Sequence record: MZ417521
Source: Escherichia phage 132
Length of the DNA: 64,000 nt
Strand: one strand, 5' to 3'
The notes under the pieces are model-generated. The model was not told the origin of the DNA and did not search any database. It saw only the letters and a program-made list of their open reading frames with translations. Shown here in pieces: positions 1-11,410 of this stretch. Within the stretch, counting starts at the first letter, position 1. Every line of letters starts with the position of its first letter. The position numbers and the translations under genes were made by a program.

Positions 1-1
1 G

Positions 2-1783
2 TCTGCAATGAATTTCTTACAATATGGAAATGATTTGCGAGTTGTGCGTGCTGTCGATAGAGATACCGCTAAAAACTCATCTCCGATTGCTGGTAATATT
101 GAATACACTATTTCTACCCCAGGTAGTAACTACGCGGTTGGAGATAAAATCACAGTTAAGTATGTTTCAGAAGACATTGAAACGGAAGGTAAAATTACCG
201 AAGTAGATGCTGATGGAAAAATTAAGAAAATTAATATTCCTACCGCAAAAATTATCGCTAAAGCGAAAGAAGTCGGTGAATATCCAGCATTAGGTTCTAA
301 CTGGACCGCGGAAATTTCTTCGTCTTCCTCTGGTTTAGCTGCAGTAATAACTCTTGGAAAAATTATTACTGATTCTGGTATTTTATTAGCTGAAATTGAA
401 AATGCCGAAGCTGCTATGACAGCGGTTGAATTTCAAACAAATCTCGAAAAATATGGAATTCCAGGAGTAGTAGCTCTTTATCCAGGCGAGTTGGGCGATA
501 AAATCGAAATCGAAATCGTATCTAAAGCTGACTACGCAAAAGGAGCTTCTGCATTACTCCCAATTTATCCAGGTGGCGGAACACGCGCATCTACTGCCAA
601 AGCAGTGTTTGGATATGGACCACAAACTGATTCGCAATACGCTATTATAGTTCGTCGTAATGATGCTATTGTTCAAAGCGTTGTTCTTTCAACAAAGCGT
701 GGTGAAAAAGATATTTACGATAGTAACATCTACATTGATGACTTTTTCGCAAAAGGCGGTTCAGAATATATTTTCGCAACTGCACAAAACTGGCCAGAAG
801 GATTCTCTGGAATTTTAACTCTGTCTGGTGGATTATCATCAAATGCTGAAGTAACAGCAGGAGATTTAATGGAAGCCTGGGACTTCTTTGCTGACCGTGA
901 ATCTGTTGACGTTCAGTTGTTTATTGCGGGTTCTTGTGCCGGTGAATCTTTAGAAACAGCATCTACTGTCCAAAAACACGTCGTTTCAATTGGGGATGCT
1001 CGCCAGGATTGCTTAGTATTATGCTCACCACCGCGCGAAACTGTAGTTGGAATTCCTGTAACTCGCGCTGTTGATAACTTAGTCAATTGGAGAACTGCAG
1101 CAGGTTCATACACTGATAATAACTTTAATATCAGTTCAACCTACGCAGCAATTGATGGTAACTACAAATATCAATATGACAAATATAATGATGTCAATCG
1201 CTGGGTTCCATTAGCAGCTGATATTGCCGGTTTATGTGCAAGAACCGATAACGTTTCTCAGACTTGGATGTCTCCAGCTGGTTATAATCGCGGCCAGATT
1301 CTTAACGTTATTAAACTTGCTATTGAAACTCGCCAAGCTCAGCGCGACCGTTTATACCAAGAAGCTATCAACCCAGTAACTGGTACAGGTGGTGATGGTT
1401 ACGTATTATATGGTGATAAAACAGCTACTTCTGTTCCTTCTCCATTTGATCGTATTAACGTTCGTCGTCTGTTTAATATGTTGAAAACGAATATCGGACG
1501 TAGTTCAAAATATCGTTTGTTCGAATTAAACAACGCGTTTACTCGTTCATCATTCCGCACAGAAACTGCCCAATACTTACAGGGAATTAAAGCTCTCGGT
1601 GGAATTTATGAATATCGTGTAGTTTGCGATACAACAAATAACACTCCGTCAGTAATTGATAGAAATGAGTTTGTTGCAACATTCTACATTCAACCGGCGC
1701 GCAGTATAAATTATATTACTTTGAATTTCGTCGCAACTGCTACCGGTGCAGATTTCGATGAGTTAACTGGTCTTGCAGGTTAA
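2..1783 (+). CDS. 18: Tail sheath protein gp18 (5' partial; N-terminus lies upstream of window)
   Basis: Open frame runs from window edge; 591 aa shown match T4 gp18 C-terminal portion by recall; followed by gp19/gp20 in T4 order. Confidence 0.9.
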   Translation, partial: SAMNFLQYGNDLRVVRAVDRDTAKNSSPIAGNIEYTISTPGSNYAVGDKITVKYVSEDIETEGKITEVDADGKIKKINIPTAKIIAKAKEVGEYPALGSNWTAEISSSSSGLAAVITLGKIITDSGILLAEIENAEAAMTAVEFQTNLEKYGIPGVVALYPGELGDKIEIEIVSKADYAKGASALLPIYPGGGTRASTAKAVFGYGPQTDSQYAIIVRRNDAIVQSVVLSTKRGEKDIYDSNIYIDDFFAKGGSEYIFATAQNWPEGFSGILTLSGGLSSNAEVTAGDLMEAWDFFADRESVDVQLFIAGSCAGESLETASTVQKHVVSIGDARQDCLVLCSPPRETVVGIPVTRAVDNLVNWRTAAGSYTDNNFNISSTYAAIDGNYKYQYDKYNDVNRWVPLAADIAGLCARTDNVSQTWMSPAGYNRGQILNVIKLAIETRQAQRDRLYQEAINPVTGTGGDGYVLYGDKTATSVPSPFDRINVRRLFNMLKTNIGRSSKYRLFELNNAFTRSSFRTETAQYLQGIKALGGIYEYRVVCDTTNNTPSVIDRNEFVATFYIQPARSINYITLNFVATATGADFDELTGLAG

Positions 1784-1790
1784 TTGATAA

Positions 1791-1804
1791 GGGGCTTCGG
1801 CCCC
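1791..1804 (+). terminator. GGGGC-UUCG-GCCCC stem-loop downstream of gene 18
   Basis: Perfect 5-bp GC stem with UUCG tetraloop directly after gp18 stop. Confidence 0.5.
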
Positions 1805-1821
1805 TATTCTCGAGGAATCAA

Positions 1822-2439
1822 GTGATTATTTCTAAATTTATTAAAGTGAAAATTGTACCATCAAATTTTAAACATTATCAATCAAAGGGTTATAAATTAA
1901 CACCTCTTGGAGCGGTTAAACATGGATTTAGGTATTATGAAATTGATGTTAAAGTTGAAGACATTAAAGGTAGTACCGCGTATGTAAAATGCCGTTGCGA
2001 TAAATGTGGAATTGAATATAACCAACGCATTGGAAGAAACACTGATATTTGTCGTGATTGCCGTCATAAAGATAAAATGCGAAATAATTCATATGGTTCC
2101 GCGAATAAAGGAAAAACAGTAGAATGTATGCATGGCGTAAATCATCCAAGATGGAACCCAAATAAATCTGAAATGCGTGAATATATTTCATTGGTATATA
2201 AAGAAACTCGTAAGCATAAGAAAATTTGGTCAAAATGGCCAAATGCTGATAAAATAGGAGTGTGTGGTACAAAAGGTGCTTACCAACTTGATCATAAGGT
2301 ATCTATCAAATACGGTTTTGATAATTTAATTCCTGCTAAAATAATTGGCGGTATTAATAATTTAGAAATAATCACTTGGGAATCTAACCGAGAAAAATCA
2401 AAAAGAAATAGTGTAGATCTTTGGGATTTACTAGAATGA
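1822..2439 (+). CDS. HNH-family endonuclease (putative free-standing homing endonuclease), GTG start
   Basis: 205-aa ORF with Cys-rich CxxC...CxxC segment and H-N-N-type motif (QLDHKVS...NNLEII...N..K); GAGGA Shine-Dalgarno 5 nt upstream of GTG at 1822; sits between genes 18 and 19. Confidence 0.7.
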   Translation: MIISKFIKVKIVPSNFKHYQSKGYKLTPLGAVKHGFRYYEIDVKVEDIKGSTAYVKCRCDKCGIEYNQRIGRNTDICRDCRHKDKMRNNSYGSANKGKTVECMHGVNHPRWNPNKSEMREYISLVYKETRKHKKIWSKWPNADKIGVCGTKGAYQLDHKVSIKYGFDNLIPAKIIGGINNLEIITWESNREKSKRNSVDLWDLLE

Positions 2440-2446
2440 TTCTAAA

Positions 2447-2464
2447 GGCCTGTTTCGGCAGGCC
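2447..2464 (+). terminator. Stem-loop GGCCUG-N6-CAGGCC after HNH ORF
   Basis: 6-bp inverted repeat immediately 3' of HNH stop. Confidence 0.4.
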
Positions 2465-2465
2465 A

Positions 2466-2473
2466 TATAAATA
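2466..2473 (+). promoter_or_regulatory. T4-type late promoter -10 element TATAAATA
   Basis: Exact TATAAATA; 74 nt upstream of gene 19 start. Confidence 0.4.
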
Positions 2474-2524
2474 CACTATATCCTTAATTCTTTAATTCTA
2501 TATGCCCTAGGTTAAACATAGGGA

Positions 2525-2532
2525 TATAAATA
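2525..2532 (+). promoter_or_regulatory. T4-type late promoter TATAAATA for gene 19
   Basis: Exact TATAAATA 15 nt upstream of ATG 2547. Confidence 0.6.
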
Positions 2533-2546
2533 CTACAGAGGCTAAT

Positions 2547-3038
2547 ATGTTTGTAGATGATGTAACACGAGCGTTTGAATCTGGTGATTTTGCTCGACCT
2601 AACTTATTCCAAGTAGAAATTTCTTATCTTGGACAAAATTTTACGTTTCAATGTAAAGCCACTGCTTTACCAGCTGGTATTGTAGAAAAAATTCCAGTCG
2701 GATTTATGAACCGTAAAATTAACGTAGCAGGCGATCGTACATTCGATGACTGGACTATTACAGTAATGAATGATGAGGCGCATGATGCACGCCAGAAGTT
2801 TGTTGACTGGCAAAGCATTGCTGCTGGGCAAGGAAACGAAATTACTGGTGGAAAACCAGCAGAGTATAAAAAGAGTGCTATTGTACGCCAATATGCTCGT
2901 GACGCTAAAACTGTAACAAAAGAAGTCGAAATTAAAGGCCTGTGGCCTACTAACGTGGGTGAACTTCAGTTAGATTGGGATTCAAACAATGAAATCCAAA
3001 CCTTTGAAGTAACTCTCGCTCTCGATTATTGGGAATAA
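2547..3038 (+). CDS. 19: Tail tube protein gp19
   Basis: 163 aa, same length and sequence character as T4 gp19; position after gp18. Confidence 0.93.
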   Translation: MFVDDVTRAFESGDFARPNLFQVEISYLGQNFTFQCKATALPAGIVEKIPVGFMNRKINVAGDRTFDDWTITVMNDEAHDARQKFVDWQSIAAGQGNEITGGKPAEYKKSAIVRQYARDAKTVTKEVEIKGLWPTNVGELQLDWDSNNEIQTFEVTLALDYWE

Positions 3039-3044
3039 AATGAA

Positions 3045-3060
3045 TGGGGAGAAATCCCCA
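3045..3060 (+). terminator. Stem-loop UGGGGA-GAAA-UCCCCA after gene 19
   Basis: 6-bp inverted repeat with GAAA loop. Confidence 0.4.
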
Positions 3061-3070
3061 TCCTGCTTAA

Positions 3071-4695
<1,625 letters not shown>

Positions 4696-4696
<1 letters not shown>

Positions 4697-4944
4697 TGGA
4701 AGGTTTAATTGAAGCTATTAAATCAAACGACCTCGTAGCCGCTCGTAAATTCTTTGCTGAAGCCATGGCTGCAAGAACGATTGATTTAATTAAAGAAGAA
4801 AAAATCGCTATCGCTCGTAATTTCTTAATCGAAGGTGAAGAACCTGATGATGAGGATGACGAAGACGAGGATGATGACGAAGATAGCGATGATAAAGACG
4901 ACAAAAAAGACAAAGACTCTGACGAAGACGAGGATGATGAATAA
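4696..4944 (+). CDS. 67: Prohead core protein gp67 (acidic C-terminal tail)
   Basis: 82 aa ending in poly-D/E run; overlaps gp20 stop; T4 order 20-67-68-21. Confidence 0.9.
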
Positions 4945-5369
4945 TGCTTCTGATCCCTGAAACTCATGAATTAGTTCTCGAGAATGTCGAAGCACTTATT
5001 CCTGAAGCACAGGGTCGCTTTGACGAATTGTCTTCTGCTTTAAATAAAGACGATATAAATACAATTGTCGAGAATATGCTTGATGATGAAACCGATTTAG
5101 CAGTTGCATTAGCTTCTATTAATGAAAATATGCCGTTAAATGAATTCATTGTTAAGCACGTTTCAGCTCGTGGTGAAATTACACGTACTAAAGACCGCAA
5201 AACACGCGAACGTAATGCATTTCAAACCACTGGGCTGTCTAAAGCAAAACGTAGACAAATTGCTCGCAAAGCTACCAAAACGAAGATTGCCAATCCAGCA
5301 GGTCAATCTCGTGCTCAGCGTAAGCGTAAAAAAGCTCTTAAACGCCGTAAAGCATTAGGATTAAGCTAA
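4944..5369 (+). CDS. 68: Prohead core protein gp68
   Basis: 141 aa, basic C-terminus; synteny. Confidence 0.88.
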
Positions 5370-6007
5370 TGAATGAACCCCAATTACTAATTGAAACTTG
5401 GGGTCAACCTGGCGAAATTATTGATGGTGTGCCAATGCTTGAATCCCACGATGGAAAAGACTTAGGTTTAAAACCTGGTTTATACATCGAAGGAATATTC
5501 ATGCAAGCGGAAGTCGTCAATAGAAATAAACGTCTTTATCCAAAACGCATATTAGAAAAAGCGGTAAAAGACTATATTAATGAGCAAGTTTTAACTAAAC
5601 AAGCTCTCGGAGAATTAAATCATCCTCCACGCGCTAATGTTGACCCGATGCAAGCCGCTATCATTATAGAAGATATGTGGTGGAAAGGAAATGACGTATA
5701 CGGACGAGCTCGTGTTATTGAAGGTGACCACGGTCCTGGAGATAAATTAGCAGCTAATATTCGTGCCGGATGGATTCCAGGAGTTTCTTCTCGTGGATTA
5801 GGTTCATTGACTGACACAAATAAAGGTTATCGTATCGTAAACGAAGGATTCAAATTAACTGTAGGTGTTGATGCAGTATGGGGTCCAAGTGCTCCAGATG
5901 CATGGGTAACTCCTAAGGAAATTACCGAATCACAGACGGCGGAAGCCGATACAAGTGCCGATGACGCCTATATGGCTCTCGCAGAGGCCATGAAAAAAGC
6001 GTTATAA
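5369..6007 (+). CDS. 21: Prohead core protein and maturation protease gp21
   Basis: 212 aa; T4 gp21 length and sequence. Confidence 0.93.
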   Translation: MNEPQLLIETWGQPGEIIDGVPMLESHDGKDLGLKPGLYIEGIFMQAEVVNRNKRLYPKRILEKAVKDYINEQVLTKQALGELNHPPRANVDPMQAAIIIEDMWWKGNDVYGRARVIEGDHGPGDKLAANIRAGWIPGVSSRGLGSLTDTNKGYRIVNEGFKLTVGVDAVWGPSAPDAWVTPKEITESQTAEADTSADDAYMALAEAMKKAL

Positions 6008-6010
6008 ATA
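6003..6010 (+). promoter_or_regulatory. Late promoter TATAAATA for gene 22
   Basis: Exact TATAAATA 28 nt upstream of ATG 6038. Confidence 0.55.
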
Positions 6011-6037
6011 TTATTATCTAAACAACAGGACTACAAA

Positions 6038-6847
6038 ATGCTTAAAGAACAACTGATTGCTGAAGCGCAAAAAATTGATGCTTCCGTTGCTCTTGATAGT
6101 ATTTTCGAATCAGTTAATATTTCTCCGGAAGCAAAAGAAACTTTCGGCACTGTATTCGAAGCTACCGTCAAGCAGCACGCCGTTAAATTAGCTGAATCTC
6201 ATATCGCTAAAATTGCTGAAAAAGCAGAAGAAGAAGTAGAAAAAAATAAAGAAGAAGCCGAAGAAAAAGCTGAGAAGAAAATCGCTGAGCAAGCTTCTAA
6301 ATTCATCGACCATCTTGCGAAAGAATGGCTCGCTGAAAATAAATTAGCAGTTGATAAAGGCATCAAAGCCGAACTGTTTGAATCCATGCTTGGTGGATTA
6401 AAAGAGCTCTTTGTTGAACACAACGTTGTTGTTCCAGAAGAATCAGTTGATGTTGTGGCTGAAATGGAAGAAGAGCTGCAAGAACATAAAGAAGAATCAG
6501 CTCGTCTGTTCGAAGAACTCAATATGCGCGACGCATATATCAATTATGTGCAGCGTGAAGTGGCATTGAGCGAAAGTACTAAAGATCTGACTGAGTCTCA
6601 AAAAGAAAAAGTCTCTGCTCTGGTCGAAGGTATGGATTATTCAGATGAATTCTCAAATAAATTGAGTGCCATCGTAGAAATGGTGAAGAAGTCTAATAAA
6701 GATGAAAGCACTATTACTGAGGGTATAAATACTCCTGATACTGAAGCAGCCGGACTGAATTTCGTCACTGAAGCTGTAGAAGATAAAGCTGCACCTGGTG
6801 CAGAAGATATTGTAAGTGTATATGCGAAAGTCGCATCTCGTTTCTAA
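6038..6847 (+). CDS. 22: Prohead core scaffold protein gp22
   Basis: 269 aa, Glu/Lys-rich coiled-coil scaffold; synteny. Confidence 0.92.
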   Translation: MLKEQLIAEAQKIDASVALDSIFESVNISPEAKETFGTVFEATVKQHAVKLAESHIAKIAEKAEEEVEKNKEEAEEKAEKKIAEQASKFIDHLAKEWLAENKLAVDKGIKAELFESMLGGLKELFVEHNVVVPEESVDVVAEMEEELQEHKEESARLFEELNMRDAYINYVQREVALSESTKDLTESQKEKVSALVEGMDYSDEFSNKLSAIVEMVKKSNKDESTITEGINTPDTEAAGLNFVTEAVEDKAAPGAEDIVSVYAKVASRF

Positions 6848-6865
6848 TTTTAAAGGTTAACACAA

Positions 6866-8431
6866 ATGACTATCAAAACTAAAGCTGAACTTTTGAACAA
6901 ATGGAAGCCATTACTGGAAGGTGAAGGTTTACCGGAAATTGCTAATAGCAAACAAGCGATTATCGCTAAAATCTTTGAAAACCAGGAAAAAGATTTCCAG
7001 ACAGCTCCAGAGTACAAAGACGAAAAAATTGCTCAGGCATTCGGTTCTTTCTTAACAGAAGCTGAAATCGGTGGTGACCACGGTTACAACGCTACTAACA
7101 TCGCTGCTGGTCAGACTTCTGGCGCAGTAACTCAGATTGGCCCAGCTGTTATGGGTATGGTACGTCGTGCTATTCCTAACCTGATTGCTTTCGATATTTG
7201 CGGTGTTCAGCCGATGAACAGCCCAACTGGTCAGGTATTCGCACTGCGCGCAGTATATGGTAAAGACCCAATCGCTGCCGGCGCTAAAGAAGCATTCCAC
7301 CCAATGTATGGTCCAGATGCAATGTTCTCTGGTCAGGGTGCTGCTAAGAAATTCACAGCTCTGGCTGCTAGCACACAAACCACAGTAGGTGATATCTATA
7401 CTCACTTCTTCCAGGACACTGGTACTGTGTATCTGCAGGCTTCTGCTGTAGTAACAATCGATGCTGGCGCAACTGATGCAGCTAAATTAGATGCTGAAAT
7501 TAAGAAACAAATGGAAGCTGGTGCACTGGTAGAAATCGCTGAAGGTATGGCTACTTCTATCGCTGAACTTCAGGAAAGTTTCAACGGTTCCACCGATAAC
7601 CCATGGAATGAAATGGGCTTCCGTATCGATAAACAAGTTATCGAAGCTAAATCTCGTCAGCTGAAAGCTGCTTACTCTATCGAATTAGCACAAGACCTCC
7701 GCGCTGTTCACGGTATGGATGCTGATGCTGAACTGTCTGGTATTCTGGCTACCGAAATCATGCTGGAAATCAACCGTGAAGTTGTTGATTGGATTAACTA
7801 CTCAGCTCAGGTTGGTAAATCTGGTATGACCCTGACTCCAGGTTCTAAAGCTGGTGTATTTGACTTCCAGGATCCGATTGATATTCGTGGTGCTCGCTGG
7901 GCGGGTGAATCCTTTAAAGCTCTGTTGTTCCAGATTGACAAAGAAGCAGTTGAAATTGCTCGTCAGACCGGTCGTGGTGAAGGTAACTTCATTATCGCTT
8001 CCCGTAACGTAGTTAACGTTCTGGCTTCAGTTGATACCGGCATTTCTTATGCTGCACAGGGTCTGGCTACCGGCTTTAACACTGATACTACCAAGTCAGT
8101 ATTTGCTGGTGTTCTGGGTGGTAAATACCGTGTATATATCGACCAGTATGCTAAACAGGATTATTTCACTGTAGGTTATAAAGGTCCGAACGAAATGGAT
8201 GCTGGTATTTACTATGCTCCATATGTAGCTCTGACTCCGCTGCGTGGTTCCGATCCGAAGAACTTCCAACCAGTAATGGGATTCAAAACTCGTTACGGTA
8301 TCGGTATCAACCCATTTGCAGAATCCGCTGCTCAGGCTCCGGCTTCTCGCATCCAGAGCGGTATGCCTTCTATTCTGAATAGCCTTGGTAAAAACGCTTA
8401 CTTCCGCCGTGTATATGTTAAAGGTATCTAA
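6866..8431 (+). CDS. 23: Major capsid protein gp23
   Basis: 521 aa; N-terminus MTIKTKAELLNKWKPLLEGEGLPEIANSKQAIIAKIFENQEKDF matches T4 gp23 by recall. Confidence 0.97.
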   Translation: MTIKTKAELLNKWKPLLEGEGLPEIANSKQAIIAKIFENQEKDFQTAPEYKDEKIAQAFGSFLTEAEIGGDHGYNATNIAAGQTSGAVTQIGPAVMGMVRRAIPNLIAFDICGVQPMNSPTGQVFALRAVYGKDPIAAGAKEAFHPMYGPDAMFSGQGAAKKFTALAASTQTTVGDIYTHFFQDTGTVYLQASAVVTIDAGATDAAKLDAEIKKQMEAGALVEIAEGMATSIAELQESFNGSTDNPWNEMGFRIDKQVIEAKSRQLKAAYSIELAQDLRAVHGMDADAELSGILATEIMLEINREVVDWINYSAQVGKSGMTLTPGSKAGVFDFQDPIDIRGARWAGESFKALLFQIDKEAVEIARQTGRGEGNFIIASRNVVNVLASVDTGISYAAQGLATGFNTDTTKSVFAGVLGGKYRVYIDQYAKQDYFTVGYKGPNEMDAGIYYAPYVALTPLRGSDPKNFQPVMGFKTRYGIGINPFAESAAQAPASRIQSGMPSILNSLGKNAYFRRVYVKGI

Positions 8432-8446
8432 TCTTTGACGATTTAA

Positions 8447-8462
8447 GGGACCTTCGGGTCCC
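8447..8462 (+). terminator. GGGACC-UUCG-GGUCCC hairpin plus T-run after gene 23
   Basis: 6-bp GC-rich stem, UUCG loop, followed by TTTAGTTGTTTTTA. Confidence 0.65.
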
Positions 8463-8479
8463 TTTAGTTGTTTTTATGG

Positions 8480-8487
8480 TATAAATA
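8480..8487 (+). promoter_or_regulatory. Late promoter TATAAATA for gene 24
   Basis: Exact TATAAATA 27 nt upstream of ATG 8515. Confidence 0.55.
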
Positions 8488-8514
8488 AATCATATAAACC
8501 AAAAGGAAAGCGCA

Positions 8515-9798
8515 ATGGCTAAAATCAACGAACTTCTGCGCGAATCAACCACAACGAATAGCAACTCAATCGGTCGCCCAAATCTCGTTGCTTTGACTCG
8601 CGCTACCACTAAATTAATATATTCTGACATTGTAGCAACGCAAAGAACTAATCAACCTGTTGCTGCTTTTTATGGTATTAAATACCTTAACCCAGACAAC
8701 GAATTTACGTTTAAAACTGGTGCTACTTACGCTGGCGAAGCTGGGTATGTAGACCGAGAACAAATCACAGAATTAACAGAAGAGTCTAAATTAACTCTCA
8801 ATAAAGGCGATTTATTCAAATATAATAATATCGTTTATAAAGTATTAGAAGATACACCATTTGCTACCATTGAAGAAAGCGATTTAGAATTAGCTCTTCA
8901 GATTGCAATTGTTCTTTTAAAGGTTCGTCTATTTTCTGACGCAGCGTCAACGAGCAAATTTGAAAACTCTGATAGTGAAATTGCGGATGCTAGATTCCAG
9001 ATTAATAAATGGCAAACTGCAGTTAAATCTCGTAAACTTAAAACTGGCATCACAGTTGAATTAGCACAAGATTTAGAAGCAAATGGATTCGATGCTCCTA
9101 ATTTCCTGGAAGATTTGCTTGCAACTGAAATGGCGGATGAAATCAATAAAGATATTCTACAGTCTTTGATTACAGTATCAAAACGCTATAAAGTTACAGG
9201 AATTACTGATACTGGATTCATTGATTTGAGCTATGCATCTGCACCTGAAGCTGGTCGTTCATTATACCGAATGGTATGTGAAATGGTTTCACATATCCAA
9301 AAAGAATCAACTTATACAGCAACGTTCTGTGTTGCTTCAGCTCGTGCCGCTGCGATTCTTGCTGCATCAGGTTGGTTAAAACATAAACCAGAAGATGATA
9401 AATATCTTTCACAAAATGCCTACGGGTTCTTAGCTAATGGTTTACCGCTTTATTGCGATACTAACAGCCCATTAGATTATGTAATCGTTGGTGTAGTAGA
9501 AAATATCGGCGAAAAAGAAATTGTTGGATCAATTTTCTATGCTCCGTATACAGAAGGTCTTGACTTAGATGACCCTGAACATGTAGGTGCATTTAAAGTT
9601 GTAGTTGATCCAGAAAGTTTGCAGCCATCTATCGGTTTATTAGTTAGATATGCTTTATCTGCAAATCCTTACACTGTAGCAAAAGATGAAAAAGAAGCAA
9701 GAATAATTGATGGTGGAGACATGGATAAAATGGCGGGTCGTTCAGATTTGTCTGTTTTATTAGGTGTTAAGCTACCAAAAATTATCGTTGATGAATAA
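8515..9798 (+). CDS. 24: Head vertex protein gp24 (gp23 paralog)
   Basis: 427 aa; T4 gp24 length; directly follows gene 23 with no segD-like ORF between. Confidence 0.93.
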   Translation: MAKINELLRESTTTNSNSIGRPNLVALTRATTKLIYSDIVATQRTNQPVAAFYGIKYLNPDNEFTFKTGATYAGEAGYVDREQITELTEESKLTLNKGDLFKYNNIVYKVLEDTPFATIEESDLELALQIAIVLLKVRLFSDAASTSKFENSDSEIADARFQINKWQTAVKSRKLKTGITVELAQDLEANGFDAPNFLEDLLATEMADEINKDILQSLITVSKRYKVTGITDTGFIDLSYASAPEAGRSLYRMVCEMVSHIQKESTYTATFCVASARAAAILAASGWLKHKPEDDKYLSQNAYGFLANGLPLYCDTNSPLDYVIVGVVENIGEKEIVGSIFYAPYTEGLDLDDPEHVGAFKVVVDPESLQPSIGLLVRYALSANPYTVAKDEKEARIIDGGDMDKMAGRSDLSVLLGVKLPKIIVDE

Positions 9799-9801
9799 AA
9801 C

Positions 9802-9823
9802 AAAGGGACCTTTCGGTCCCTTT
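9802..9823. terminator. Bidirectional hairpin AAAGGGACC-UUUC-GGUCCCUUU between convergent gene 24 and rnlB
   Basis: Stem flanked by A-run on one side and T-run on the other; convergent gene ends. Confidence 0.65.
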
Positions 9824-9827
9824 TTAT

Positions 9828-10832
9828 TTAACTTACCAATTCAATCCAAGCCGGACGAAGTACATCTTGTACCATTTTAACCAATTCCTTTTTAATCAAA
9901 GAAGGATTATCCGCTTGAGTTAGAGTAATACCTTCACGAGAAGTTTCTTCCAAAATATCTTGAACAGTTAGCCCCATCACCTTTCCAAAATCCTTCGGAC
10001 CAATTTCGCCAATTTTAGAAATAACGTTATTTACTCGGTTCAGTGTAACGTAGCAAGCTAAAATTCCCAGCAATTTATTATCAGCTTCTGACAACTCAAC
10101 TTTAGCTTTAATAGGCTTATCAGACTTTTTCTTTTCACTAAATTTAGAGTTCTTGCATTTAATCGCTACGCGATTGCCATTAGGCATCCAAGAAGGATAA
10201 CAAGGTTTCAATACATATCCTTCAGCGGTAAATACTTCGCCTTTTGCTTCGGCATTCCAAACACATTTATTTGCATCAACTAATCCAGCATGGCCTACTG
10301 TAAAATTATAATCTTGGACGACAGAATCTAAATCATTTGGCAATTTAATAAGCTCTTCAAATTTACCGCGACCCAAAAGTGGAGCCATTTTAAATTTAAA
10401 TGTATTACAGAATGATTCCATCATATAATCATCGACATAAGTTACATCACCACTTTCTGTAGTAACAATAATGTCAAATACATAAAAATCTTTATCACCA
10501 TAATCGACATTCTTCTGAATGCCAGGTCCAGCGAATTCACCAAAGACTTGATAAGATACAACTGCTGAAGTTTCCATAATATCTTGTACTGCTTTAATGG
10601 AATCAGCGTAATTCTTTAGAATAATTTCATACCCAAAGAAATCTTCAGCAGGAAGAATCGGTCCAGTACGTTTAGCACAAGTTGCTTTATCGCGTTCAAT
10701 AATCAGTGAGAAATTTGTGCCATGAATCTTTTCACGAGCTACCCATTCGCCGCCAGTCAATCCTAAACTATAAAGTTTTTCAATGAATTTAGAATTGTAA
10801 TGATTTTCAAGACTGCTATACTTTTTAAACAT
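9828..10832 (-). CDS. rnlB: RNA ligase 2 (Rnl2)
   Basis: 334 aa; KIHGTN nucleotidyltransferase lysine motif; T4 Rnl2 length. Confidence 0.9.
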   Translation of the reverse strand: MFKKYSSLENHYNSKFIEKLYSLGLTGGEWVAREKIHGTNFSLIIERDKATCAKRTGPILPAEDFFGYEIILKNYADSIKAVQDIMETSAVVSYQVFGEFAGPGIQKNVDYGDKDFYVFDIIVTTESGDVTYVDDYMMESFCNTFKFKMAPLLGRGKFEELIKLPNDLDSVVQDYNFTVGHAGLVDANKCVWNAEAKGEVFTAEGYVLKPCYPSWMPNGNRVAIKCKNSKFSEKKKSDKPIKAKVELSEADNKLLGILACYVTLNRVNNVISKIGEIGPKDFGKVMGLTVQDILEETSREGITLTQADNPSLIKKELVKMVQDVLRPAWIELVS

Positions 10833-10841
10833 AATTAATCC

Positions 10842-11120
10842 TCAAAATGTAATTTCTAACCAATCACCATCACGTTGGTCACTATTGACTTTAAAGCTAA
10901 ATCCTTCTTTTCTCAGCCAATCACCAATTTCTTCAGTAATCAATTTATCGCGAGCAGTGCAATAATAACTAAAATATGTTTTACCTTGTTCAGCTGCTTT
11001 ATTAGCAAGTTCCGAAAAATCTTTAATAAAACACTCTAGCTTAAACTGTTTGCTTTTAAGTGCTTTTTCACGTAATTGATTAGCAAAAGATTCATTTTCA
11101 TAAAGATCATACTGTTCCAT
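10842..11120 (-). CDS. Hypothetical protein (T4 24.2-like position)
   Basis: 92-aa ORF, co-oriented and tightly packed. Confidence 0.6.
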   Translation of the reverse strand: MEQYDLYENESFANQLREKALKSKQFKLECFIKDFSELANKAAEQGKTYFSYYCTARDKLITEEIGDWLRKEGFSFKVNSDQRDGDWLEITF

Positions 11121-11322
11121 TTTTCACCTTCTTATTAATATGTCTTTTTCTATAGACAACTTTTTCTCGAGTCTCAAATTTATTCTTAGCAGTCATAGCT
11201 CGAGCCCATAATACAGCCACTTCCTTTGCCTGTAAGTTCAATTCACGAGCAATTTCAATGAATGACTTTCCAGACTCATGGAGTGTAAACACCACAACCT
11301 CAGTTCTCATAATCAATCTCAT
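11107..11322 (-). CDS. Hypothetical small protein, possible HTH (T4 24.3-like position)
   Basis: 71-aa ORF; segment SGKSFIEIARELNLQAKEV resembles a helix-turn-helix. Confidence 0.5.
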   Translation of the reverse strand: MRLIMRTEVVVFTLHESGKSFIEIARELNLQAKEVAVLWARAMTAKNKFETREKVVYRKRHINKKVKNGTV

Positions 11323-11391
11323 GTTATCGAGTTGGTGCCATTATATACATCGTTTTCTGATTGCGTTTTGTGTGCTTTCAAAATGAAGAAA

Positions 11392-11405
11392 GGGGCCGAA
11401 GCCCC
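11392..11405 (-). terminator. GGGGC-CGAA-GCCCC hairpin downstream of hoc
   Basis: 5-bp GC stem with 4-nt loop directly after hoc stop on minus strand. Confidence 0.5.
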
Positions 11406-11410
11406 TGAGA

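Noticed and set aside
6199-7405. Antisense ORFs within scaffold gene 22 and capsid gene 23 (6199..6543, 7052..7405)
   Set aside because: Fully embedded opposite well-supported structural genes; no ribosome-binding sites
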